From the NCBI GenBank assembly GCA_963675525.2, contig CAXXSL010000004.1, forward strand, positions 1 to 38,006: a stretch of DNA of 38,006 nt, read 5' to 3'. The notes below the pieces were generated by a model that was given only the letters and a program-made list of their open reading frames with translations, searched no databases and had not been told where the DNA came from. This stretch comes from Anaerohalosphaeraceae bacterium (lineage in GTDB: Bacteria > Planctomycetota > Phycisphaerae > Sedimentisphaerales > Anaerohalosphaeraceae). The translations under genes were made by a program, and so were the position numbers. Shown piece after piece: positions 27,344 through 36,423 of the stretch; within the stretch, counting starts at the first letter, position 1, and each line of letters starts with the position of its first letter.

Positions 27344-28558
27344 ATGGCAGCAGGCAATTACAATGGATATCCGATAAGCCGGACAGTGGTGCCGCTGCTG
27401 ATTCTCGCGGTGCCGGTCGCGGCCATGATCGCATGGGTGCTGTATCATCAAAAAGCGCAGCTAAACGCCCCGCCGCCGCAAGCTGCTGCCCAGGCTGTTT
27501 CGTTCGGCGGCGAAAACTGGACCGTCTTTCGCGGCGATGCGGAACTGACCGGACAGGCCGCCGGAGATCTGCCGGATAAACTGAAACTCGCCTGGAAATT
27601 CCAAACCGAAGGCGAGATCGTCGCCGCACCTGTAATTGCCGAAGGAACAGCCTTTGTATCGTCAGCAGACAAGCACCTTTACGCAATCCAATTGCAGACC
27701 GGCAAGGAAAAGTGGCGATTCGAAGCCGATGACGAACTCCACGCAAGCCCTTTGTATTTTGAGAATACCATCTACATCGGCTCCGGCAGCGGCACGTTTT
27801 ACGCCATTGACGCCGAAACCGGACAAGCCAAATGGACCTTCAAGGACGCCGGCGAAATTTCCGGCTCGGCCAACATCGCCCCAGAACCCGCCGGCGGCCG
27901 AACTGTTGTCGTCTTCGGTTCCTATGACAATAACCTGTATTGCTTAACCCCCGACGGCAAGCTTAGCCAGCAGTACCCCGCCGACAACTACATCAACGGC
28001 GCGGTCGCCGTCGCAGGCACCACCGCGTTCTTCGGCTCCTGCGACGCCATGCTCTATCAGGTTTCCATCGGCGACCCCAACGGTACACGGACACTGGATA
28101 CCGGCTCGTATGTCGCCGCCAATCCCGCCATTGACGACGGCGTTGTTTATGTTGGCAATTACGAGGGCAAATTTCTCGCCGCCGACATCGCCACGCAAAA
28201 GATCCTCTGGAGTTATGACGAAACCGAAGACGCGTTCTTCTCCTCGCCCGCCGTCAATGACACCGTCGTCATCGTCGGCTGCCGAGACAAAAAACTGTAT
28301 TGCTTCGACAAAACAAACGGCGAAATCCGCTGGACATTTTTGGCAGGGGACAATTTCGACAGCAGCCCGGTCATTTGCGGCAGTAAAGTCGTCGCAGGTA
28401 ACGATGACGGCAGACTGTATATTATCGATATCCAAACCGGCAACGAAGTTTTCTCCTATACGCTCGGCTCTCCCATTATCAGTTCGGCGGCCATCGCCCA
28501 AAACAGACTCCTCATCGGCGCCGACAACGGAATTTTATATGCATTCACGGCTGAATAA
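27344..28558 (+). CDS. PQQ-like (BamB-type) beta-propeller repeat protein, membrane-anchored
   Basis: Repeated SP.....vyiGS.D..LYA.D..TG...W.F units; N-terminal TM helix. Confidence 0.88.
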   Translation: MAAGNYNGYPISRTVVPLLILAVPVAAMIAWVLYHQKAQLNAPPPQAAAQAVSFGGENWTVFRGDAELTGQAAGDLPDKLKLAWKFQTEGEIVAAPVIAEGTAFVSSADKHLYAIQLQTGKEKWRFEADDELHASPLYFENTIYIGSGSGTFYAIDAETGQAKWTFKDAGEISGSANIAPEPAGGRTVVVFGSYDNNLYCLTPDGKLSQQYPADNYINGAVAVAGTTAFFGSCDAMLYQVSIGDPNGTRTLDTGSYVAANPAIDDGVVYVGNYEGKFLAADIATQKILWSYDETEDAFFSSPAVNDTVVIVGCRDKKLYCFDKTNGEIRWTFLAGDNFDSSPVICGSKVVAGNDDGRLYIIDIQTGNEVFSYTLGSPIISSAAIAQNRLLIGADNGILYAFTAE

Positions 28559-28610
28559 TTATGCAGAGTTATTTTTATTTTTTATCCGGTACGCTGCAAA
28601 GCCCCTTTTC

Positions 28611-28641
28611 GGGGTGCCATGCCCACACTTGTGTGGGCATG
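28611..28641 (+). repeat. REP-like hairpin
   Basis: GGGGTGC-CATGCCCACAC-TT-GTGTGGGCATG; architecture similar to the 10082-10168 arms. Confidence 0.6.
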
Positions 28642-28744
28642 AAAAAACTGTTTCAGAGCAATACCATGCTTTGCGGAGAATGACTTTTTTCAATCTTTTC
28701 TACATAGAAAATCAGACCTCCTCTGTAGAAAACATTTTTTTTCA

Positions 28745-28827
28745 GACCCCGAAGGGGTCGTAGTATAATAGCCGGGGGCGTAAGCCTCCGGAAAGGATGC
28801 TAAAATTTTTAAGCCCCGACGGGGCGA
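28745..28827 (+). repeat. Triple-hairpin repeat resembling IS200/IS605- or RAYT-associated ends
   Basis: GACCCCGAAGGGGTC (28745-28759), CCGGGGGCGTAAGCCTCCGG (28772-28791), GCCCCGACGGGGC (28813-28825). Confidence 0.65.
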
Positions 28828-28846
28828 AAGAGAGCAAACATTAAAC

Positions 28847-29446
28847 ATGCAAAATGACTATACCATCAAAAAACTGACCGACGAAAAATGGCTCAACCTG
28901 TATGATATCGAATATCGGTGCCGAGATATGAAACAACCCCACCACTGGCTGATGTGCTCACGAAAGAAAGACCCCGTTGCCGACGCGGACAGGCCCGACG
29001 CGGTGGTTATTGTCGCGATTGTCAAAACTCCCGACGGCCCCCGGCTGGTCGTCACCAAAGAATTCCGCGCCCCGCTGGCCGATTATGAAGTCGGGTTCCC
29101 CGCCGGACTGATCGACGACGGCGAAAGCATCGAAGCCACTGTTAAACGCGAACTGAAAGAAGAAACAGGTCTGGACGTAGTGAAAATTTGTCATATCTCC
29201 CCGGCGGTCTATTCGTCGGCGGGACTGACGGACGAATCCTGCTGTATGGTATTGGTCGAAGCAACCGGCACGCCGTCAACCGACCAAAACGAAGAACACG
29301 AAGACATCGAAGTGATCCTCATGAATGCGGATGATATTCGCAGCCTGCTCAAATCAAACAATAAGATCGCCGCCAAAGCCTGGGGCCTCCTCTACCACTT
29401 CGCCATCACCGGCAAAATTGAATTCGACCAACATGTCACACCATAG
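28847..29446 (+). CDS. NUDIX hydrolase (ADP-ribose pyrophosphatase-like)
   Basis: Nudix box PAGLIDDGESIEATVKRELKEETGL; YSSAGLTDE. Confidence 0.92.
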   Translation: MQNDYTIKKLTDEKWLNLYDIEYRCRDMKQPHHWLMCSRKKDPVADADRPDAVVIVAIVKTPDGPRLVVTKEFRAPLADYEVGFPAGLIDDGESIEATVKRELKEETGLDVVKICHISPAVYSSAGLTDESCCMVLVEATGTPSTDQNEEHEDIEVILMNADDIRSLLKSNNKIAAKAWGLLYHFAITGKIEFDQHVTP

Positions 29447-29651
29447 CCTCCGGCAACAGCGAATTAATCATTAGTTAATATACAATTGAATGGCTTCACC
29501 GAACAAAAGCCCGAAGCGCAAGCACAGGGAACGGATTCACTTTCAATCCAGAATCCATTTCTTGATTCGGAAAACGATATCCTTTTGATTATGCGTTAAG
29601 CTCCTGACCGTTGATTTTCATCCAATGGAAACTTGAGTCGTTTCAAATCGA

Positions 29652-31124
29652 CTATACTAACTCTGCTCCTTTTGCCAGATTACACCTACGACATAGCAAT
29701 TGAATATTGTTAGAAGCATTAGAACCACCTCTTGAGAAAGGAATTATGTGATCAAACTCTAAATAATCCGTCGCTCCGCATTTATTGCACTTTCCTTGGT
29801 CTCGTTGCCAAACTTCAACTTTAACCACATCTGAAATATGACGGCTGCGAACAGAGTCACTATTTTCCGAGATAATGTAATTGAATTTCTTTGTTAGATA
29901 TTCTAACATCGCTTCTAATTTCTCAGAGTCCTTTAAACTATAGAACCCCTTGCCTTTATTAGATGTAAATTCAATGTCTAAGCCATTTGTATATTGCCTG
30001 AAATTGATAATTCTCGCAATATTTACCTCGAAATTCTTGATATCAGAAAGAAAGATGAGTCTTCGGTCGGTAATAGCAAGAACTCCATGTGCTTCTTTTT
30101 GTTGTGTAGGAGTTTTATACAGAAACTTGCATTTGCTATACCAATGGCATATTTCAGTACTATTAAGGCGCAAGTCATGATTCGAAACACATGGAAGTTG
30201 ACCTTTGCGAATTCTCTCTAATTCTTGTGTCCTCCTTACTTCCGCCCGACCCTGCTTAATGATTGCTTCAGGTATCTTCAGTAATTCTTCGATGCGGTTT
30301 AATATCTTGATTTCCTCTTTTTCGATAATACCATCTTGGCAAATCATTGATACAGTTCTGCGATATAAGTTTTCACTTTCCCTGGGTGCCAGAATGGCCG
30401 CATGTGCGGCATCCAATCCGGTTGTTTTTGAATAAATAAGAAGTTCTTCACATTCATCTGCCGATAAAATGCCATCTTTAGAAAATCTATTAAAAAGTTT
30501 TTTGTATCCATCAAGAACTTCTTTTTTAGAACCTTCATATGCTTCTCGCATAGTAAGCCCAAGTTGAGATCGAATTCGTTCTAAGAAAACTGATTCAGAT
30601 GCCGTAAGTCTTCCATCGCCTAATGATTTATCCAGCTCATTGCGATAAATCACTTTTGCGTAATCTTTTTCCAGTTCGTTAGCCTCACTTTTTTCTATTT
30701 CTAACTTAACGGCAATCGCATCTAACACTTTTCTTTCTTTTGTTGTGACTACATAGTCTTTCATTGCCAACTGAACACATTTCACGTAAGCAATTTTGGC
30801 ACTTTCAGTTAAATGCTTTTCTGCAACACTATAGTTAGTCTGAAAATCATCTAAATTGAGATGTTTAATCCCTTTCTCAACAATGTGTTTGAATATTATA
30901 TCTCCTAACTCAGAATACTTTTCTTTTTGATAACTTTTACCCAACAAAATCAATGGTGCAATAACAGAAATCGTAAGAATTAAAAAGATAAATGCGAGGA
31001 AGATTTTTGACACTAAGAAAAAAGCTAAAGTTAATGCTATGAATAAAAAACTTACGACTAAAACGCATATTATGAACACAGAATTATCAACGATAGAAAT
31101 GAGTCTTTTCCTGGGACTTATCAT
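29652..31124 (-). CDS. Membrane-anchored protein with TerB-like repeats, a PH-like domain and a C-terminal HNH endonuclease
   Basis: Two TM helices; four Y-x9-D(G)-x5-E-x3-L repeats; GVLAITDRRLIF; RDQGKCNKCG..DHIIPFSRGGSN..NIQLLCRRCN. ATG at 31124 with AAGGAG SD. AT-rich. Confidence 0.85.
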   Translation of the reverse strand: MISPRKRLISIVDNSVFIICVLVVSFLFIALTLAFFLVSKIFLAFIFLILTISVIAPLILLGKSYQKEKYSELGDIIFKHIVEKGIKHLNLDDFQTNYSVAEKHLTESAKIAYVKCVQLAMKDYVVTTKERKVLDAIAVKLEIEKSEANELEKDYAKVIYRNELDKSLGDGRLTASESVFLERIRSQLGLTMREAYEGSKKEVLDGYKKLFNRFSKDGILSADECEELLIYSKTTGLDAAHAAILAPRESENLYRRTVSMICQDGIIEKEEIKILNRIEELLKIPEAIIKQGRAEVRRTQELERIRKGQLPCVSNHDLRLNSTEICHWYSKCKFLYKTPTQQKEAHGVLAITDRRLIFLSDIKNFEVNIARIINFRQYTNGLDIEFTSNKGKGFYSLKDSEKLEAMLEYLTKKFNYIISENSDSVRSRHISDVVKVEVWQRDQGKCNKCGATDYLEFDHIIPFSRGGSNASNNIQLLCRRCNLAKGAELV

Positions 31125-31466
31125 ACGTTTTTTTCTCCTTAATACCAATGGCTATGTTATGATACTATCGGGGATAGAACAATAATGATCACCGCAACCT
31201 CCAAAGTTTTAACAACGCAGCACCTTTAAAATTTTCACCCACCGAGTCTGTGAGACCTTTATTGAGTTCATGTATTCGTGAAGTCCTTTAATCATTTCCC
31301 TTCCAATTCAAAATTATCCGGGTCCTTCAGACCCGCCCTCTAACCCTGTTTCGCGTGAAAACCAATGTTGTCCTCAAATCATATACCTTACATCCTGAAT
31401 TGAAAACAAAAAATCCCAAAGAAACCAAAATACACACCCCCAAAAGCCTTCAATTTGCAATCGAAA

Positions 31467-31583
31467 GAATCGCCCCGGCTGAAAAGACGGACTGCTCAGA
31501 GTTGGCCGGGAGCGCAGATGTGTACATCGAGCATCCCGTCCGGCTTTGAGCAGAATGGAGCGTTGAAAACGCCCCGGCGATTC
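31467..31583. repeat. 117-bp imperfect stem-loop (MITE/ERIC-like element or structured RNA)
   Basis: Terminal GAATCGCC/GGCGATTC; inner CTGCTCAGAGTTGG/CCGGCTTTGAGCAG; apex GATGTGTACATC. Confidence 0.6.
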
Positions 31584-31584
31584 C

Positions 31585-31795
31585 CCTTCCTGTCCTTCAA
31601 GACCTTCATGGTTAAATTAAATCCCTGAAATCTGCGAAATCAGCATGAATCAGTGTCAAAATGAAATCCTGTAAATCCCGTTAATCCCGTCAAAAATTTC
31701 GAAAAAACAGCCGCAATCCTTACCCCGGCCCAGTATAATACATAAAATTGAATAGTATTTTAAAATCGTCAATCGTCAATCGACCTTTGTCAATT
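31585..31795 (+). repeat. Stack of four different short tandem-repeat arms
   Basis: CCTTCNNNN x3 (31585-31611); AATC(T/A)G.. x3 (31629-31657); AATCCYGTN x3 (31665-31691); AATCGTC-type 7-mers (31764-31795). Confidence 0.7.
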
Positions 31796-31846
31796 CTATA
31801 TGAGTGCGAAACTCCTCGCCCGGCGTAATATACAACCATTCCCAAC

Positions 31847-31875
31847 CGTCATTCTGAGCCGAAGGCGAAGAATCT
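31847..31875 (+). repeat. Single GTCATT-type REP arm
   Basis: CGTCATTCTGAGCCGAAGGCGAAGAATCT matches the reverse complement of the right arm at 11479-11505. Confidence 0.75.
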
Positions 31876-31882
31876 CTATTTT

Positions 31883-32288
31883 CTAAGGACTAAAGACTAT
31901 GGACTAAGGGCTAATTTTACCAAACGAACCCAATTTCAGCTTCAGCAAAAACACCCTAAGTATTTTTTTCCTAAGGACTAAAGACTATGGACTAAGGACT
32001 GATTCTAAAATACCGAACCCAATTCGAACCCAATACCAACCCAATTTCGCCCCCAAGTACCCCCTACTCGCGCAAGCCGTTTCCAGCCCAATATCGCCAA
32101 TTTTCCCCTGGAAAACTCATAAATCCCCCTTTTTGACCCCGCCAACCCCCAAAAAAACGAACCCAATTTACCCCCCAAGTAGCCCCTCGACGCAAATGCC
32201 CTAAACTGCATCCAATCCCCCAAAAGAACGCAACACCCCCGTTTTCAATAGCGCCACGCGAACCCAATCGAACCCAAACCGAAGCCAA
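31883..32288 (+). repeat. Duplicated 7-mer tracts (CTAAGGA-type) and a cluster of CGAACCCAA motifs
   Basis: CTAAGGACTAAAGACTATGGACTAAGG at 31883 and 31971. CGAACCCAA at 31925, 32014, 32025, 32158, 32259 and 32269, with variants at 32036 and 32280. Confidence 0.75.
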
Positions 32289-35196
32289 TTATGTCACTGA
32301 CAACTGTTCCGCCAAAAGTTTGATCGGATGAACGGTTTGTTTGTGGGTTAGGTGCTGGATCTGCATGGCGCAGGCGGCGCATTCGGTGACGATCGTTTCG
32401 GCGCCGCTGTCGGCGATGGCACCGGAGAGCCGGCCGCCGATGGCTTCGGCCAATTCGTGATTTTTTTTCTGCATCCCGGCCGTTCCCGCCAGTCCGCAGC
32501 AGCCGCCGTTGATATCGACTACGCCATACCCTGCCTGTTTCAGCAAGTCAACACTAACACCCGCCGAACGCAATGCTTTCAAATGACACGGGGCATGGTA
32601 GCCGAGACGGCGTTGGGCCAGACAGGGATCGGAGCATTTCAATCGTGTCACTTCCGTTCCACGCTTTTGTTCGGGTGATTCGGGGTTTTGTTTGCTTAAA
32701 TAATCCATTAGTTCGAACGTGTTTTCGCTGACGAGGCGGGCGTCGGGGCTGTCGATGATGAGGCGGAGTTCATCTTTGAGGCACAGGGCCGCACTGGGTT
32801 CGGAACAGACTACCTTATACCCTTTTTTGACAAACGGCACGATCTGACTGAGATTATAGTCCATATCCCGGCGGGCGGCTTTGATGATTGCCGTAGACAA
32901 ACGCCGGCAGCGGCACGGGCCGCTGTTTGGGTACGATGACCTCGATGTTCAGCTTTCGCAGAACCTTCAGCACGGCAAACCCGAGTTCATGGTCGTTGAA
33001 GTTGGCAAAGCTGTCCACGAAATAAACGACTTTATCAATGGGTTTTCTGACGGGCGAGCGCATATTAATATAGCGATTGGCCTTGCGGATAAAGCTACCG
33101 CGATCGAATTTGGGGAAATGACGATGGCGATCCAGGCCGAGGAGCTTCTGCAGACACCACCGCGTGATACCCAGCGACAGCACCCAGTTGCTCAGCGGCG
33201 CAAAGGCGCTGCCGAAAAAGCTAAGCCAGCGGTTGTAGGTCAATGCGAATTCGGCGGCGGTAAAACCGCTGTAGCGAGCCAGTTTGGTGCGGGCCTCGAT
33301 GACCAGTTTGGAGACATCGACGCCGGCGGGGCATTCGATCGAGCACATCTTGCAGTTGACGCACAGGCTCAAGACTTGCTTAAGTTCTTTGGGGTCAAAT
33401 GCAACGCCGCTTTTTTCACCAGCTATCCACGTGCTCAGTAAATTGGCCTTGGCGCGTGTGGAGGCCAGTTCTTCGCCCGCGCCGCGAAAGACCGGGCACA
33501 TTCGACTGCTCGACGCTGCGGACAGGCACACCCCGCAGCCGTTACACTGCTCGACCTCGAAGCGGAATTCATCGGGTGCAAAATTCAACTCCGTTTGAAA
33601 ATCGTCCGCTCCGGCCAGCACGGCGGCACGCAGATTCTTGCCCATGATGTCGGGGTCGTCACAGATGACCTTGCCCGGATTCAAAATGCCCGCCGGGTCA
33701 AAGATATGCTTGATGCCTTTGAGCAGTTCGTAATAGTCCTTGCCGTACTGCGCAGCGATGAATGCCGCCCGCAGCAGGCCGTCGGCATGTTCGCCGCTGA
33801 TGGAACCGCCCAGCGACCAGGCCAGCGAAAAGACCTCGTCGGCCATCTGCTTCATCCGCCGGACCTCAGTCTCATTCCGCAAATTCAGGTAGGGCCGAAT
33901 GTGCAGTTCGCCGTCGCCGGCGTGGCCGTAAAACGCCATGGGAATATCGTATTTTTCCGCTATCGGCTCCAGCCCCGCAATGTATTCATCCAGGCGGTGG
34001 TAATCGACCGAGACATCCTCGATGAATGCAATCGGATGCGAGGCGCCTTTTTCGCGATTCAGCAATGGAACCGCGTCTTTGCGCGACTTCCACAGGAGGG
34101 CCTGTTTGTCTTCGTCCAGCACCTTAACGGAATGAACGGCTAAGTCGCCCACGGCCTTGATGGTGTCGGCGATCTTTGCTTCAACGGTCGCTATCTCATC
34201 TCCAACATGCTCAACCAACAGCGTGGCTGCCGCATCGGCGGGCAATACATCACGGTATTTCGGAAAGGCCGCTCGGCCCATGTCCATCAACGCCCGATCC
34301 ATCAGTTCACAGGCACTGGCACCGCAGCCGACAATCTCTTCAACCGCTTTGGCCATGGTCTTAAACGAGGCGAATTCAAACTGCACCAGCCCTTTGGCTT
34401 TCGGCACGGCAACGGTACGCAGGGTGATCGCCGTAAAGACCGCCAGCGTTCCTTCCGAACCGGCCATCAGCCGGGCCAGGTCGACTGTCCCGTCATGTAC
34501 AATATTCTGGATCGTATAACCGCAGCGGTTGCGTTTGGTCTTCGGTTGGGCCGCGTCAATGACGGCCTGTTTGTCCGCTAAGAGGTCAAAACAGTTTTTT
34601 GCCATCACCGCGGCGGCATTCGCATCGCCGGGTTGGGTATCGTTGACGAATTCGGCCGTGGCGCCGTCAGCCAGCACGCAATGAACGCTTTGCACATACT
34701 CGGCGATATAACCATATTGCAGCGAATGAGCCCCGGTGGCATTGTTGGCAACGACCCCGCCGAGCACTGCGCGATTGCCGCTGGACGGGTCCGGGCCGAT
34801 CTTGCGACCCCACCTGGCCAGATGGGCATTGAGCACATCCAGCACCACGCCGGGCTGAACGCGCACCCACGAACCATCCGGAGCAGTCTGTAAAATACGA
34901 TTCATATTCCGGCGGACATCGATAACGATCCCGCTGGTCAGGGATTCACCGGCCAACCCGCTGCCGGCCCCGCGCGGAGCGATGGGGATGTTGTTGCCTG
35001 CGGCATAGTTGACAACGGCGACAATATCGGCCGCATCGTTCGGGGAGACGACGCACTGCGGCAGGATGCGATAAATCGAGGCATCCGTGCTGAACGCAGC
35101 GCGATTATAGACGTCGATGTGAACCTGGCCTTTGACAAGTGCGGCAAGTTCGGCGCCGATCGTTTCGGCTGTTTTCGTTTGTGTCTCTGTATTCAT
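32289..35196 (-). pseudogene. FAD-binding and Fe-S/CCG-domain oxidoreductase (GlcD-GlcF/YdiJ-like fusion) with an apparent +1 frameshift
   Basis: PRGAGSGLAG, GHAGDGELH, SGEHADG, CNGCGVC, CVNCKMCSIECP in 32854-35196; SEPSAAL, YHAPCH, GGCCG in 32289-32900. The junction reads TAC GGC AAT C ATC AAA near 32887. Confidence 0.85.
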
Positions 35197-35205
35197 TGGC
35201 GTACA

Positions 35206-35231
35206 TGGATTCCCGCCTGCGCGGGAATGAC
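35206..35231 (-). repeat. REP-like palindrome, same family as 3025-3050
   Basis: Minus strand GTCATTCCCGCGCAGGCGGGAATCCA. Confidence 0.8.
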
Positions 35232-35243
35232 AAGGGGATATCT

Positions 35244-36215
35244 TTAGAACAACATTTGTTCGGCTCGCTGGACGTCTTTGGCGATCTGCTGCTTGAGATC
35301 GTCCCTGGTCTCAAAGCGCTGCTGATGGCGGATGAAGCGCATAAAGTCCAGTCCCAGCCATTTGCCGGAAAGGTCCTCGACTTTGTTTTCCAGCAGATGC
35401 GCTTCCAGCAGCAGCGGATGGTCGGACACGAATGTCTTGGCCCTTCCGATGCTGATGGCCGCGGCTCTGCGCAATCCGCCGAACGCCACCTCGTCGAACG
35501 AATCGCCCACCACCACGTAACCGGCAAAAACTCCCTCGCACGGAATGATCTGTCCTTCGGCCTCGATGTTGGCAGTCGGGAACCCCAGCTTTGTGCCGAT
35601 GCCGCGGCCTTTGATGGTTTTGCCAATGAGCCGATACGGACGGCCCAATATCTGGGCGGCCTGACGAACTCTGCCTCTTTCCAGAAACTGCCGTATATGC
35701 GTACTGGAACAAACGATCGTTCCATCGGATTCGGCATCGGGGATTTCGGAAAAAGGAACTTCGACAACTTCAAAGCCACGTTCGGTACCCAGTTGCCGCA
35801 GCGTGTTAATGTCGCCGCTGCGGCCATACCCGAAATTGAAATTCGGCCCTTCGACGATCACCGAGGGGGACAGATTTTCCATCAGGAACTGATCGACAAA
35901 ATCCTCCGGCGACAGGTTCAGCAGTTTCAGGCTGTCTTTGATGACGATCAGCGTTTGAATACTCATGGACTCCAGCAGCATCGCTTTGACCGCGATCGGG
36001 GTCAAGACGCCGGGCGCCTGTTCGGGATGCAGAACGGCAACCGGATGCGGGTCAAACGTCATCACAGCAAACGGGACCTGTTTTTCACTGGCCAATGCGC
36101 GTGCCGCCGACAAAATCGCCTGGTGGCCGCGATGGACACCGTCAAAGTTGCCAATGGTCAGCACCATGCCCTTCGGCAATTGCTTTAGCTGCTGTTCATT
36201 TTCCACTATTTGCAT
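35244..36215 (-). CDS. ribF: Bifunctional riboflavin kinase/FAD synthetase
   Basis: TIGNFDGVHRGHQ, TFDPHP, SSTHIR, GRGIGTKLGFPTAN, LEAHLL. Confidence 0.96.
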   Translation of the reverse strand: MQIVENEQQLKQLPKGMVLTIGNFDGVHRGHQAILSAARALASEKQVPFAVMTFDPHPVAVLHPEQAPGVLTPIAVKAMLLESMSIQTLIVIKDSLKLLNLSPEDFVDQFLMENLSPSVIVEGPNFNFGYGRSGDINTLRQLGTERGFEVVEVPFSEIPDAESDGTIVCSSTHIRQFLERGRVRQAAQILGRPYRLIGKTIKGRGIGTKLGFPTANIEAEGQIIPCEGVFAGYVVVGDSFDEVAFGGLRRAAAISIGRAKTFVSDHPLLLEAHLLENKVEDLSGKWLGLDFMRFIRHQQRFETRDDLKQQIAKDVQRAEQMLF

Positions 36216-36330
36216 GAATAATCCCAAATATAAGACTTTTCTCTGGACAGGCATTATCCTAACGTCAATGAAGCTGGCTGACAAGTTTATTCAGAACCGA
36301 AAGACGCCTTTTCGGGTATTATAATTGGTA

Positions 36331-36359
36331 TTTACAATTTATCCGGCATTGTCTATACT
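36331..36359 (+). promoter_or_regulatory. Sigma70-type promoter for the permease
   Basis: TTTACA, 17 nt, TATACT. Confidence 0.55.
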
Positions 36360-36423
36360 ATATTTATCAGGAATTGAAGCTGATGAACCCTTTTTTACAA
36401 AACGGATTGAAGGACGGCTGGGC

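Noticed and set aside
29540..29651. Possible integron attC downstream of the HNH gene (GCTTAAC on the minus strand)
   Set aside because: No matching GTTRRRY box or complementary L boxes were found, and no integrase is present.
31355..31549. 64-aa ORF, and the 72-74-aa ORFs at 32005-32288
   Set aside because: They are translations of repeat or low-complexity DNA, with no SD or recognisable domain.
31883..32000. Two identical 27-bp repeats 88 bp apart as a possible mini-CRISPR
   Set aside because: Only two copies, internally 7-mer periodic, a 61-nt spacer containing another repeat motif, and no cas genes.
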